DNA of 64,000 nucleotides, taken from the NCBI GenBank assembly GCA_002633005.1, contig NMRA01000089.1:310001-374000 (forward strand), written 5' to 3'. This document shows positions 39,801 through 53,607 of the stretch, piece by piece. The stretch is from Phoronis australis. Lineage: Eukaryota; Animalia; Phoronida. The notes under the pieces were generated by a model. It saw nothing but the letters and a program-made list of their open reading frames with translations. It was not told where the DNA came from and did no database searches. The position numbers and the translations under genes were made by a program. The stretch's first letter is position 1. Each line of letters starts with the position of its first letter.

Positions 39801-40662
39801 CGAGGACTCTTTGCTCACCTGAGGAGAAAGGTGCCTGTTTTTCAGTAGGGAATGAGATCAATAGTCAGCCTGCACAAGACGGGATTTGAAGTCGGGCTTT
39901 CCAAAGAGAATCCGGAGCCCGACCCACTGAGTTACACTTTCTCCTCCAGTTTCAGCGTCATGAATGGAAATGTTCAAACTAGAAGTCAATGCGGCACTAG
40001 ACGAATATAATGGACCCTGACTTAGAGAACCAGGCAATCACTGAATAACGGATGATATTCAGTGAATGAAACTGGTTCTCTAAATCAGGGTCCATTATAT
40101 TATATCCAACTAGTACCTCAATGCCATTTGGCATTCCCCAACAATAGTACTTGCATAAATATTGTAGCTTTCACAACAAATCCATAATAACTGATAAATT
40201 TATAGACACCGGCATTAGCAGAGGGTCTCCCAATTAAAAATGAACTCAATTGTTTTTCCTGTTCCAAAGTGAAATAAAAAATATTATGACACCCTGGGAG
40301 CAATATATTGGTCCCAGTGACAACTCATTAAGACAGTGGCGCAACAGACTCCCAATGCAAAACCAGGTCGGTGTACGTTGGATAAGACTAAAATGTTCAA
40401 AAATTCCACCTCCACTCAGTCCAAATAATGAATGGCAGACCACGCACAAGTGATGTTACAAGTGCAGTCACTTGGCTACAAAATTAAGGGCCATAAGCGT
40501 TATTTCAGAAGTTGTGACTTGGGGTTTACCAAGCTAATCATAAGCATTCCATGCGTAACAGTGTACTGTGACAGTGTTTATATAAATTATCAGTTTAATA
40601 ACTAATTTAAAACTTACCCACGTTACGAGAGGGGATTCCATGAATCCCACCTTGTCCGTCAT
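95..40662 (-). CDS. CCDC88: Girdin/Daple family protein (CCDC88A/C co-ortholog), 28 coding exons, about 1809 aa
   Basis: Exons 5'->3': 40662-40618, 39662-39583, 35224-35110, 32144-32075, 29997-29855, 28829-28707, 25911-25757, 25271-25118, 24048-23962, 23557-23411, 23059-22924, 21847-20460, 19257-19130, 18818-18729, 17788-17660, 16543-16447, 16155-15994, 15132-14869, 14275-14138, 12815-12609, 11918-11773, 10830-10738, 10393-10339, 7401-7260, 4759-4658, 3729-3658, 2102-1891, 844-95. All GT-AG, phases compatible, sum 5430 nt. Motifs: [76 protein letters not shown]-stop. Confidence 0.93.
1891..2102 (-). CDS. CCDC88: CCDC88 exon with GBA (Galpha-binding and activating) motif
   Basis: [18 protein letters not shown] versus human GIV SPGSEVVTLQQFLEESNK; cag acceptor, gtaagt donor. 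Confidence 0.88.
2243..2452 (-). other. Second copy of the GBA exon cut by a single N; probable haplotype/assembly duplication
   Basis: 1893-2241 nearly identical to 2243-2652 (a few SNPs, one ~60 bp indel), joined at n2242. Confidence 0.75.
2824..3325. mobile_element. MITE containing a 41-bp tandem repeat (3 copies, 2970-3095)
   Basis: Inverted ends tctaatctttttac / gtaaaaagattaga; internal unit gaacctggtgacctcagcactaaggttaaaggtttgagtgt. Confidence 0.55.
3658..3729 (-). CDS. CCDC88: CCDC88 exon (72 nt, phase 1-1)
   Basis: tttcag acceptor, gtaaga donor, [24 protein letters not shown]. Confidence 0.65.
4658..4759 (-). CDS. CCDC88: CCDC88 exon (102 nt)
   Basis: tacag acceptor, gtgagc donor, [22 protein letters not shown]. 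Confidence 0.75.
4890..5120. mobile_element. MITE family copy A (copy B at about 17893-18120, opposite orientation)
   Basis: Ends tcagacaaaat / attttgtctga; internal tcatttttgctgttaacagaa is the reverse complement of a stretch near 17939-17960. Confidence 0.55.
5858..6328. mobile_element. MITE with TTAA-like ends
   Basis: tgagactgcgcgtgca versus tgcacgcgtaatctca inverted 14/16 match. Confidence 0.5.
6543..6731. mobile_element. Tc1/mariner-type MITE
   Basis: Perfect inverted ends taccgtaaatttcc / ggaaatttacggta with terminal TA. Confidence 0.6.
7260..7401 (-). CDS. CCDC88: CCDC88 exon (142 nt)
   Basis: [17 protein letters not shown]..., positional equivalent of the Akt-site region; ccag/gtcagt. 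Confidence 0.8.
10339..10393 (-). CDS. CCDC88: CCDC88 exon, basic membrane-binding segment
   Basis: [18 protein letters not shown]; gtgagt donor; phase fits. Confidence 0.8.
10738..10830 (-). CDS. CCDC88: CCDC88 exon
   Basis: [28 protein letters not shown], hallmark Girdin/Daple motif. Confidence 0.93.
11773..11918 (-). CDS. CCDC88: CCDC88 exon
   Basis: [31 protein letters not shown]. Confidence 0.9.
12609..12815 (-). CDS. CCDC88: CCDC88 exon
   Basis: Coiled coil LKNDKARLL...[13 protein letters not shown]; GT-AG. Confidence 0.88.
12876..13159. mobile_element. Inverted pair of tRNA-derived SINE copies
   Basis: 13050-13159 (+) has A-box tagctcagtag and a degenerate B-box; 12876-12980 is a diverged reverse-complement copy (ctataggtcacatgatg shared). 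Confidence 0.55.
14138..14275 (-). CDS. CCDC88: CCDC88 exon
   Basis: [10 protein letters not shown]...AELNQ; GT-AG, phase 0-0. Confidence 0.85.
14869..15132 (-). CDS. CCDC88: CCDC88 exon
   Basis: [34 protein letters not shown], conserved Girdin segment. Confidence 0.92.
15994..16155 (-). CDS. CCDC88: CCDC88 exon
   Basis: [14 protein letters not shown]...LQSENAKLQ. Confidence 0.9.
16447..16543 (-). CDS. CCDC88: CCDC88 exon
   Basis: [17 protein letters not shown]; gtgagg donor. Confidence 0.85.
16986..17672. repeat. 61/63-bp minisatellite, about 11 units, 185-bp higher-order period
   Basis: Unit tttcactgcatggcactgtcacattacactatgtgcacagctaacttcacacatacctctc; identical ORFs at 17142 and 17327 are 185 bp apart. 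Confidence 0.95.
17660..17788 (-). CDS. CCDC88: CCDC88 exon
   Basis: [32 protein letters not shown]. Confidence 0.88.
18513..18637. repeat. 31-bp tandem repeat, 4 copies
   Basis: agatattgtgggccttcacaagaatatcata. Confidence 0.9.
18729..18818 (-). CDS. CCDC88: CCDC88 exon
   Basis: [30 protein letters not shown]. Confidence 0.9.
19130..19257 (-). CDS. CCDC88: CCDC88 exon
   Basis: [33 protein letters not shown]. Confidence 0.92.
19282..20391. mobile_element. Putative TTAA-flanked non-autonomous DNA transposon (Kolobok-like)
   Basis: ttaa-ggttgcgtagg ... cccacgtagctc-ttaa imperfect TIRs; fills most of one CCDC88 intron. Confidence 0.45.
20460..21847 (-). CDS. CCDC88: CCDC88 large coiled-coil exon (1388 nt)
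   Basis: 481-aa ORF with heptads, ending [10 protein letters not shown]|gt as in Girdin. Confidence 0.95.
22924..23059 (-). CDS. CCDC88: CCDC88 exon
   Basis: [19 protein letters not shown]...SLNESANLG. Confidence 0.9.
23411..23557 (-). CDS. CCDC88: CCDC88 exon
   Basis: [20 protein letters not shown]. Confidence 0.92.
23962..24048 (-). CDS. CCDC88: CCDC88 exon
   Basis: [27 protein letters not shown]. Confidence 0.92.
25118..25271 (-). CDS. CCDC88: CCDC88 exon
   Basis: [25 protein letters not shown]. Confidence 0.93.
25757..25911 (-). CDS. CCDC88: CCDC88 exon
   Basis: [20 protein letters not shown]. Confidence 0.88.
28707..28829 (-). CDS. CCDC88: CCDC88 exon
   Basis: ITDNAENIF...[16 protein letters not shown]. 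Confidence 0.88.
29855..29997 (-). CDS. CCDC88: CCDC88 exon, Hook domain
   Basis: [20 protein letters not shown]...AIMQHIQE. Confidence 0.93.
32075..32144 (-). CDS. CCDC88: CCDC88 exon, Hook domain
   Basis: [21 protein letters not shown]. Confidence 0.9.
35110..35224 (-). CDS. CCDC88: CCDC88 exon, Hook domain
   Basis: [21 protein letters not shown]. Confidence 0.9.
39583..39662 (-). CDS. CCDC88: CCDC88 exon, Hook domain
   Basis: VQTF...[17 protein letters not shown]. Confidence 0.9.
39794..39938 (-). mobile_element. tRNA-derived SINE fragment
   Basis: Minus strand gtgtaactcagtgg ... cttcaaatcccg, A/B-box-like, no intact cloverleaf. Confidence 0.45.
40618..40662 (-). CDS. CCDC88: CCDC88 first coding exon
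   Basis: [15 protein letters not shown]|gtaagt; human Girdin FMTSPLVTW. Confidence 0.88.
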
Positions 40663-40971
40663 CGCACCTGATAATACTTAACAATGTCCGATTAAGTACC
40701 AAACAACAAGACCGTGTATCACATTTTGCACGCTTTCAAACAAATGTACTGTTTCTCGAAATAAAATTGAGTCATCTTCGCCGAGTTCACATCGGCTGCG
40801 TTGAGTGAAAAACAAGGCGAGTGCTGTATGCGTCACCGCGCAGTCACAGCTGTAGGGTCACACCCAAAGGCTCCAACTTGATCAAACAGACGAAATTTAT
40901 GCTATACAGCCCCAAATACAAAAACGTTCGGAGAACAATTTTTAGCCACCAATATTTTTGAATGGGCTTAC

Positions 40972-41012
40972 GAAGTTTCAGAACTCATGAGACCCTCTTC
41001 CGCCATTTTGTC
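40972..41012 (-). promoter_or_regulatory. Probable CCDC88 promoter-proximal/5'UTR exon with YY1-like motif
   Basis: Minus strand CAAAATGGCGGAAG followed by donor gtaagc at 40971; acceptor atcag just upstream of the start codon (40668-40669). Confidence 0.45.
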
Positions 41013-41902
41013 TGTTTAGAAGCGTTAGACAAATATATATTCATACGCCACCGAGAACTCTAATCAAAACAATACCGCTACATACAATTATAGCACACTT
41101 TGGATAGCGGATATTACAAAAACAATCATGATAAAATTCTAAGGTTGTGTTTTCATATTAAAATATTGGTTTTATGGAACTGCGAAGGAAAGGTGGTGTT
41201 AGCACTATTTTCTTCCAAGCAGGTGCGCTTCATAGGGCGACATCTTTAGGTCAAAATGTGTCCTGAGTTGAACATCACTGAACTCAGTTGAACTCGTCCG
41301 AGATTGACAAAGATTTTAATTATAACACTTATTTTAAGAGACAGGTTTTTAAAAACACTGATACTACCGCATGAACATAACAAGATTTTTCTGTTTTGTT
41401 GCTTCATTATTCAGTAGCGGTGTACCATACAAAAATTTTGACTTGCAAAGAAATTACACTAAGAAAAATCAATTAATGAACTCCGAATACACAGACATAC
41501 GCAAAAAAAATGAAACTGCCACTAGGGGACACACCTGTTGCCAGATTGGTTTGAAACTCGTGTCTATATATCTACTGTACCGATGAACTTTCACAAAGAC
41601 CCTACAATTAGAGTGAAAGAGATACGACTGCAAAAAAATTGCCACCAGGAGCCACGTACCAGAGTGGTCGAGCCCGTCCGAGAATCAGAGTCAGCCGCGG
41701 TCTTCCCATCAGGAATAATTTTGCCAATTTTCATATTGGGAATACTTTTGCCAATTTTCATATTGATCCTTAATTTGGGCAGTTTGGCGGATTGAAAGTC
41801 GGACTTCAGATTGAAACGTACTAACTTTTTTAATTATTGCCACCAGGTGGCGCAGATCCGAAAACGGGAAGGCGTCGTCTTCTCTTTACTAGGAAACATA
41901 CC

Positions 41903-42082
41903 TAGTGGCGGATTTAGAGGGGGGGGGCAAGAGGGCCATGCCCCCCTAAAATTCTCCCAGATTCCATTTGGCAGTTCGGAGGTGCGAATGTCTGACGGGC
42001 AACTAAAAATCCTCAGTGGCTAATACTCTGCCCACAGGCTGCCCCCCTCCCCCCTCAACTCAAAATCCTGGATCCGTCCCTG
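41903..42082. mobile_element. hAT-type MITE
   Basis: tagtggcggattt ... ggatccgtccctg imperfect TIRs with G/C-rich subterminal tracts. Confidence 0.55.
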
Positions 42083-42267
42083 ATATCTATTTTCCAAATT
42101 CATGAAAATCCACCAAGGAACGGCCAAATTACAGAGGCATACGTAAGAATAAAATTGCAACAAGGGGACAGAGCGGTAGTCGGATCGGTCCGAAACTCGG
42201 GCTTGTCGCGTCGCCGCTGCCTGGAACCAATGAGATAAATATAATTATATATACATATATATATATG

Positions 42268-42401
42268 NNNNNNNNNNNNNNNNNNNNNNNNNNNNNNNNN
42301 NNNNNNNNNNNNNNNNNNNNNNNNNNNNNNNNNNNNNNNNNNNNNNNNNNNNNNNNNNNNNNNNNNNNNNNNNNNNNNNNNNNNNNNNNNNNNNNNNNNN
42401 N
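42268..42401. other. Assembly gap next to (AT)n
   Basis: Run of N. Confidence 0.99.
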
Positions 42402-44272
42402 GCGTGTTTCATTGAAAAGTAAGCTGTTCTTGGCAACAATAGTGTCTACACAAGTGTCTTTCATCGGATGGTAGTTGATATAGTAGATCGCCGGCCCAAT
42501 GTACTGAGTGGCATCACTGACGAACACATATATATGAGTACGTATATAATAAAACTCTGTACAAAACATTTCATAATAAAACAGTAGCGGTACTTCGACT
42601 ATACAAAAGTCATATATATATATATATATAGCTCATTGCAAAGGGATCTCACTGAATATAGTATGCAACAGCGGTTTAGGACTGAGATACATCCGCGGTC
42701 GCTTAGACGCAGATGATGGTTGTAAACTTTCCAAATGGCTAGTAAATCCACTCAACGCGTTCATAGCCTGCGATTAAATGGAACGAAATCTTCCTTGCGT
42801 CATCGATCATTCCGCGACATATCAGCCACTGCCGGACTCGCCCCGTGGCCGCCGGCTGACCCGGGCCGTCTCTTTGGGGTTCAGTGTTACAGAAGCAACG
42901 AGCTAACACAACCGTAATAATATATGGTTTGTCATTTTTCCTAATCTTCACGTAAATTAATGGGCCGCAAATTCTCTACAACCAGTCCGAGAATCAATGA
43001 CGTTCAGCAAACAGACTAAATGCGCCGTGTGTTTAACCGGCCTGTTCCGCCAAACACGTACTCAGTAAACAACCATTTCCCTAGTCACCACTGAACACCC
43101 TTTCTAATTCAGGTTCTGTTCGAGCAGTCTACGCTTTCAGTTGTTTATGATGAGCGACTCACTCGTTCTCATACTCAGTGGAATGCAAATTGCTCGAAAT
43201 TGATTTTCACAGCAGGTCAATTGATTTATAATAAATTCGTATGTAGTGGTCCCGTCATGTGGCGAGTGCGACCTCATGGTTCGGCCGAACTCCAGCGGCA
43301 TCAAAACGATCGAGCCGGTGCTCCGCGTTTCCTATAGTGAATGCTGACGAGTTCACTGACTAATGGTTTTCCCGTTTTTTTCCTCCTTGTATCATAATGC
43401 TGCCCGCTAACTGCTAAATGAATTGTTATGGAGACTTTTGCCACATATTGCAAGCATGGCATGAAATGTTTTCGCTTTCCTCAATGCTAAGCCCCTGAGC
43501 CCGACAAAATCAAACGTGTAGGCTATTGGCGTACGGAGTGATTCTTGAGCGTACGGTATCTCGATCGACTGTCACCAATGTGATTACCAAAATTCCAGTT
43601 TTCAACAGCGCACTGCAAGCACTTAAACACGTTTATAACACTAGTCTTTAACTGTCTATCTTATTGGTGAAAACTTTAATACCTAAGCCGACTCCAGTTA
43701 CCTCGGAGTCATCACTCTCCAAAAATACGACCACGTACGTTTTGGGAAGTACACTTCCATTTTCTTATCTGTTCCATTTTTGTGTTAGCTCAACTTGTCT
43801 TTGACAACTATTTATTACACCCAACCCCACAGAGTGGCAATGGCAATGTGTCGCAAAGATATGGGAGTGTTTCACCACAAAAGTCTGTGCAACATGAGTT
43901 ACTAGAATCATCGTAGCACTAGACATGGCCTCTGCGTTAGTCAGCGACACTTAAAAGTACTGTAGCTTGATATCGTGTCCCCTTAAATGTTCGGCGAATG
44001 ACTAAAACCCACAAAGGTCGCCCACCCACCAAAGCAAAGAGAAAACGGATTGTTCTAAAACCCGCTCGACCCCCACACTCCACCACCCCCACCCCCTCGA
44101 CCTGTGGCAATAGGTGTATCTTTGCGCTTTTTACACATTTCATAATCATATTACGTCGATTAGTAACTTTGCCTGGACTTCAAACGAATCTGCTCTGGCG
44201 CAATGATCTGCAGTAGTGGATTGGAGTGACCGTGCTATCGCTTTCACGGAGTTCCCCGAGGGGCTAGCAATG

Positions 44273-44519
44273 CATGCGCGCACCCAGGTGGGGGGTCGAA
44301 TGACCCCCATTTGGCGAAGTGGGCAAAAAGGTGGGCCTCAGAGAAACAAAAAGTCCGAGAAAATGAGACAAAGTCCACCGAAAAGGCGCCAACACAATTC
44401 ATAGCCCTGAACGTGGAAACCAGTTTTTTTTTTAGTTCTCCCGTTTTGTTAGTAAAAGGTCCACATCGCCGAAAATTCTAGCCCCCCTATATTTAAGGCT
44501 CTGGTTGAGTGCGCGCATG
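44273..44519. mobile_element. hAT-type MITE
   Basis: TIRs catgcgcgcac / gtgcgcgcatg; flanks caatg / cagtg. Confidence 0.55.
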
Positions 44520-45968
44520 CAGTGGCCCTGATTTACTGAACTTAAGGAGAGTGCGTGAACGTCAATGCACATAATTTCACATTTTTTTATTTGCTTTCTC
44601 TTAATACTCGCTTACTCCATGTAACGTTACGTTGGGAAATACTTTCAAAGTTAAGAACGTATTTTTCAAATTGTAATTACTGAAGAAATTACATATTTAT
44701 CGGTTCCTCGCACTCTCCCAAGAATGCTCGAATCTGCCATTCACTGAAGAGCAGACGAGACGATGACACCGGGAACATTCGTAACGTTGCTGGGTCTTTG
44801 ACTGGATTTGGCCGCGCTGCTTTTGTTCGTTTTTGGCTTTCACACTTGCCGAATCTATTTTTGCAATTGCAAACAAAACAGGGAAAAGCCAGCCAAGCTC
44901 AAGGCCAGACACATTGGTACTGCAAGTCAGCGATTGTCCTATGTTCATATTGAATAGAGCTCAGTTGTGTAGACTTTTGAAGTAGAGGGTTTTGTGGGCC
45001 GTGGAGGTTTTAGAACAATCGAACGAGACTGCTTACAATAGACCCTTTTGGAAAGGGAAACGTCTCTGGGCGATTTGTTTCATCTCTGGTATTGAAAAGT
45101 TTCACTGGGTAATTTTTATTTTCAGTTACCTTTGCAAAAAGTCGTACTTGACCCTTCGCATGCATGTATACAACCGAAATAATCAAAGAGAGATTTTCCG
45201 TACTCCTACCGAGCTGTGGAACTAAGCTGGATGTTCGTCTGACTTTACGAAATTCGTAATCGGCGGATACTTGAAATTTTCGTGGTTGTCCATTGACTCA
45301 GAAAATCTGATGTATTCTACAACTTGCCACATCAGTGTCTGGATGAGCTTGCAGGGGAATGAACAAAAGTGGGATCATTATGAACGGATATCCCAGCACT
45401 TGCTCCACAAAATATGTGAAGGCACACTCATGGGACACACACGAAAACTGCCTCCCAGGCCCGCTCACACTTCTTTGAACATTTCTTTTTTATATAACAG
45501 TTACAGGTGTAAATATTTCTTTGCCATAACAATCTCATACTATTAAATGATTTCATTGATTTTCGCCGATTTGTTAAGTTGCTTACAAAAAGTGTCAGCT
45601 ACAGCTCCCAGCTCCATAGTGCGCAGCCCATGCAACAAAATAATAAGTAGTCAGTTTACGGGGTGACGTGAGCTGCAGCCTCCAATACCTTGGATACCTA
45701 AAAGTTCACAGAAAAATGCAATCTTAAGTGAACACCATGAGTGTACCAGATAACAGATATCCCCACTCCATCTTCTAATAACTTTATAATGCCTGAGGAT
45801 GACCACAGAAATGACAGACTGAAACTTCCCGCCAATGTAAAAAGGCTGGAGGGTAACAAAAATAGACCAAGAGATTTTAGACATGATGTTAACACTATCA
45901 TATTAGTACACCAACGAACACTTAACTTGGGTCAAATAATTTTATTGTGGAAAACACATAACATTTGT

Positions 45969-49280
<3,312 letters not shown>

Positions 49281-50323
49281 GATGCCTCCTACAAAGCAAC
49301 ATGAACATCAATAAGAGTAATGACAGCACTTGCAATAATCTTGCCCCAAGAACATTTGCACAGAAATCGACTTCTGATATAGATCCCTGGCAATTACCGG
49401 TCCTTAGTCATGTTGGATGCAATTTTTAGGCCTACAAAGAACAACAGTTCCTAAAAGCTCGAGACTGGGCTCTACGAACCGGATAGTCATTTTACAGAAT
49501 GAAGTATAGTCTCAAGCAGTAAAGAATGGCCAGTTCCCTCAAAATCCAGAATGAATAAGTAATAATTTGACAATAATCTCAATTGACAAGTTGTCTAAAC
49601 CTCAAGTCAGTTCCTTTAATGGATCATGGGTTTATAGCCCCTTTAAATAACCCAGTAATACCCAAGACATTTCAACTAGTTCCTTCAATACGAAAATGAG
49701 ATAGAGTACAGGGTTGGCCGCTTATTATAAATAACTCCAACTTGACAAATGCGGCCAGGCAAAATTCCCTGGTCACAAAACAGGAACTGAGGTCGCCAAA
49801 ACAGAAAAACGACACATAGCTGGAAACGGCCAAAAATGAAATAAACAAAATACGTGAATTGGAGGACCGAGCAAATGTCGGCAGGGGCACCCAACATTGC
49901 CTTGGTGGAGTTCTCCTTAATTGAATGAAAAATCAGTGTTTTGAGTGCTCATGACCAATCTCCCCTTGCATATATTATCCCATGCACTCTAACGTCCCAA
50001 GTCACCATAGGGGGTTGGCAGACATTCCCCGACCATTACTCATTAACAGGCACTTGCAATTTTTGTCGAACGACTCCAGTTCAAGTATGATTACTTCATG
50101 TAGTGTTTTGAGTGCATGCTTGGACGTGTATGTGGCAACTTGGAATGTTTACCTGGTCACTATACAAAATCTAAGGCTGGATTGATGACATGAAGGTCAC
50201 CAAATTAAATCGTGCTGAAAGTTACAAATCTACACACAAAACAGAGGGAAAAGTCATTTTTAAAGGACTTAATGAAAACACAACAAAAAGGAACTGTCGA
50301 GCTTCAGTTTGAGTAATTGTTTT

Positions 50324-50408
50324 GCTGTTCAGAGAATCGGTAACGCAAAATAGGGATTTCAGTCATCGGAAGCCCTTAGAGGTGCCCTAAGTTTCTCATC
50401 ATAACAGC
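50324..50408 (-). ncRNA. Box C/D snoRNA, SNORD58/U58-like, copy 3 (RPS27A intron 1)
   Basis: Box C 50402-50396, box D 50332-50329, different terminal stem gctgt/acagc; guides invariant while spacer differs. Confidence 0.85.
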
Positions 50409-51213
50409 TGTCAATTTTAATTTTTGTTTGGGAGAGACAAAGTCAGAAAACGATAACAACAACATAGTTTCTGCATAACTTCAACTTTACTTTGCAGTAT
50501 GCGTAAAGCATTTTGTAATTTTCAAAAGTAAAAGAATTTCATCCCAACCGGTCAGCGACATGCAGATTTCAACTCCCATGATGTATTTCGAGTAAAACAT
50601 CAAGCGCTGATGATTGTCTTGAAACACTCAAGTCGGACTATGCTGTGAGAAGTGATCTCAACGTTGAATAGCACTGACTGGATATAGCGGTTCCTAATTT
50701 AGAGAACCAGGCAATCACTTAATAACGCCCAAGGGTCCGTTATCTAGTAGATGAAACTGGTTCTCCAATTCAGGGACACTTGCATTATGTTCAACTACAG
50801 CCCTTACGACACGTAACCTGGCTGTAAATAAGTATTTATCGACACACTCGACAAGGTAGTTAACCCTCGGAACACATTTTAGTAATAGTCGGATAGGTGG
50901 GTCCCTGATTTGAAAATCAGTTACTACCACTGAATAACAGGCATTATTCAGTGAAAGTAGCGGAGTTATGAATTCAGGGACCCATATGTATCTAACTTTT
51001 ACCCACAATTTTGCCCAAATCAAAATCATGTCTGTGACAGTTGCAAGGCCTAAATGAAGCAAAGTACAACACTAGGTCCTAACCAAAACAGACAAAGTTA
51101 TCTCATGAAAGAAGTCAGAAGTGTATGCAGAAATGTCAACATTTTCCACACAAATGCCTTACTCTCGATGCCATTTTATCGCCGAGGAACTCTGCAGCAA
51201 GTTGATGTCTCAC

Positions 51214-51248
51214 CTAGTTTATACTTGAATGCTACTTAGGAAAGAGAC
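51214..51248 (-). promoter_or_regulatory. RPS27A TCT initiator/5'TOP and non-coding exon 1
   Basis: Minus strand gtCTCTTTCC matches the TCT motif of ribosomal protein genes; donor ag|gtgaga at 51213; YY1-like AAATGGC motifs near 51171 and 51312. Confidence 0.75.
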
Positions 51249-51430
51249 CAACCCTCGAGCTCTTATTCTGACGCAAGTGGAAACAGACGAAGGAGTTGTG
51301 CTCTTGCAAGTCGCCATTTCTACTAGATAACAGATTTCATTAACTTGGGATTGTTAACTCTTGTTCCACAACAGAAGATAACCATGCTACAAGCCAGGTA
51401 TGTTTTAAAACAACTGTGAAGTACCACATT

Positions 51431-53607
51431 CAGGGCTCGACATAACGAGCTGCAGGTCGCATTTGCGACCTGAAATTTGGAAATGCGAGCTGAGATTTTT
51501 GTCAGCTCGTATAAAGTCACAAAATGCGACCTGGAATTTCCAACGAATGCGAGCTGAGTTTTTACACTTCTCAACAGACACCTGGCAAATACAAAGCAGC
51601 TCTTGTTAATCCGACCGTTATTTGGTTGTTGCCAAATACAAGTTCAAAAGAACACTAACAGGCCTCCCGATGACTTGTAAGCAAGTCGCGTGAACATGGG
51701 ATATGAAGAATCGATCTTTGACGCGTTTCATTGGCTAACACTTTCGGCCACTTTTGTAAATTCCCGGATTCGCCGCAGAAAGTTTCGGGCCACTGCTTAC
51801 ACGTGATAACACTTCACAAAACAACAGTGTTTCTATTAATTCTTAAGCGATCAACTTACCAAACTTTGTGGTGGACAAAAATGCTTATTTTTCACATAAG
51901 ATGTCCTTATTACATGTACCAAACATCCACGACAATATCCCTGATATCGCACTGCGGCACCGTTAGCGCGCAAGCGGTCCCGGCAGACAATCGTGACTTA
52001 GACTGAGATGTGCTTCTCCTTTTATCGTATTAAGACAGCCAAAGTGAAAATGACAACCTTATTAATCGCCAAACGACGGTCACGTCTTTACTTTCAGTTG
52101 CCAAGAAATTCTCAAACCCTTTACTTGTTTCTGGGGCTACGTGCGCGAAATATGATTGTCTTTCACACATTGTTGCCAACGTAAAGTGTAGGCCTACTCC
52201 AACGATTCAAGTGCGTGAACTCACGCGTGCGCACCACTTCAAAGAACAGCGACAGTCCTAAATGAAAGAGTATACCGGCTTGGCTCTGGTTTATTTGAAA
52301 ATGAACTCAGTTTCCCAGCGGTTATAAAAGACCCGATGTCCCGGGACCGATATAACCCAGAACTAACGTTATCCTGTTCCGATGTTTCCCGAGGTCGATG
52401 TTCTGTAAACCCTGTATTCTATGCCCGTAGCCAGCTATTGCAACTAAACTGGCACTAGATGCGAAATTGTGGTTCAAGTTAGCGAACTTTTCATTCTTCT
52501 CTTTATACACCCCCCGGCAACTTTTTGCTCCCCGAACCACCTTCGCCGTAAAATGTTCAGACTCCTATAGAAACAACCTTGTTCCGGCTGAAGCGGGCAG
52601 TTAAAAAAATCATTCCGGGTGGCTAAAAAGGGTACAATGTAGTTGGTAACGATATCCAGAAAGTCACCCCTACCAGATGGAGTTTGCCTCGCAAAATCGT
52701 ATTATTATAACGTTTTTTACCATTGCAGCGTTTTAATATCTTATTACCGCAAACACTGAGGTTAACGACTATGCTCACGCACAAGCCTACTCCCTACCTT
52801 TAAAGTGTTTCATAATAAGCGCTCACTGATCTATTAAAAGTCCCCCCTGAAATTTTGAGAATTTCTAATTAAGCGCCCACAGTTCAAGCTAGCGCCCATC
52901 ATTGCGCACTACAAACGACCGCGTGTGGTTTAAAATTGACACGCAGCTTATATGGTGTGTGTCAGTTTCATTTTACACAACTTCAGTTTTCAAAAACGTC
53001 TTTTCACAATATATAAAAACCAAATCTCGGCTTTGTTTTATACCTCGGAAAGAAAGTTAACACTAGTGACGTGCGTGTCGTTTTGCGACTGACCTATTTT
53101 TTCCCGTACTTGGAAGGTATTGAAGAGCAAACTCGCGATTACCCGAGTTAGTTTGAATCGTTAACGACTTTGATGACGGCCAGTAGCAGACCAGATCTAA
53201 CAAAATCCCAGATACTTTTTTCAACGGGCATTTTCTCCCTTTTCACTTCGCAAATTTAGCTACTCGAATGCACAAGTCAGTTAGAGAGCACTGATTCAAC
53301 TTTCACGCCGGCAACTTGGCTTGCGCTCTAGAGACTTTCAATGGCGGTCGTGAAGAACAGTAAGGCCGTACCTGCATGAATGAAGTCAATTTTGAGATCC
53401 GAAATTTGTGAGCATTTAACGCTGCAGGTAAGAGCATAATCTAAACATTTTCTCGATGATCTAAAAAATCTATTTTGGCGCGTTAAAATGGCGGGAAAAT
53501 TTTGCGACCTGGCATTTACGAATGCGAGCTGGATTTTGAAAATGCGACCTGGGATTTTGGCTAGGTCGCAAAATGCGACCTGGCAATTTTAATAGCGTCG
53601 AGCCCTG
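51431..53607. mobile_element. Non-autonomous hAT-like DNA transposon with 5-bp TSD
   Basis: TIRs cagggctcgac / gtcgagccctg; acatt on both sides (51426-51430, 53608-53612); subterminal tgcgacctg/tgcgagctg repeats at both ends; no transposase ORF. Confidence 0.8.

Noticed and set aside
43343-43360. Hammerhead core ctgacgag
   Set aside because: No downstream GAAA or stem arrangement
42402-45900. Hidden protein-coding gene between CCDC88 and RPS27A
   Set aside because: Only short ORFs with no recognisable domains or consistent exon chain; contains MITEs; a lncRNA cannot be excluded
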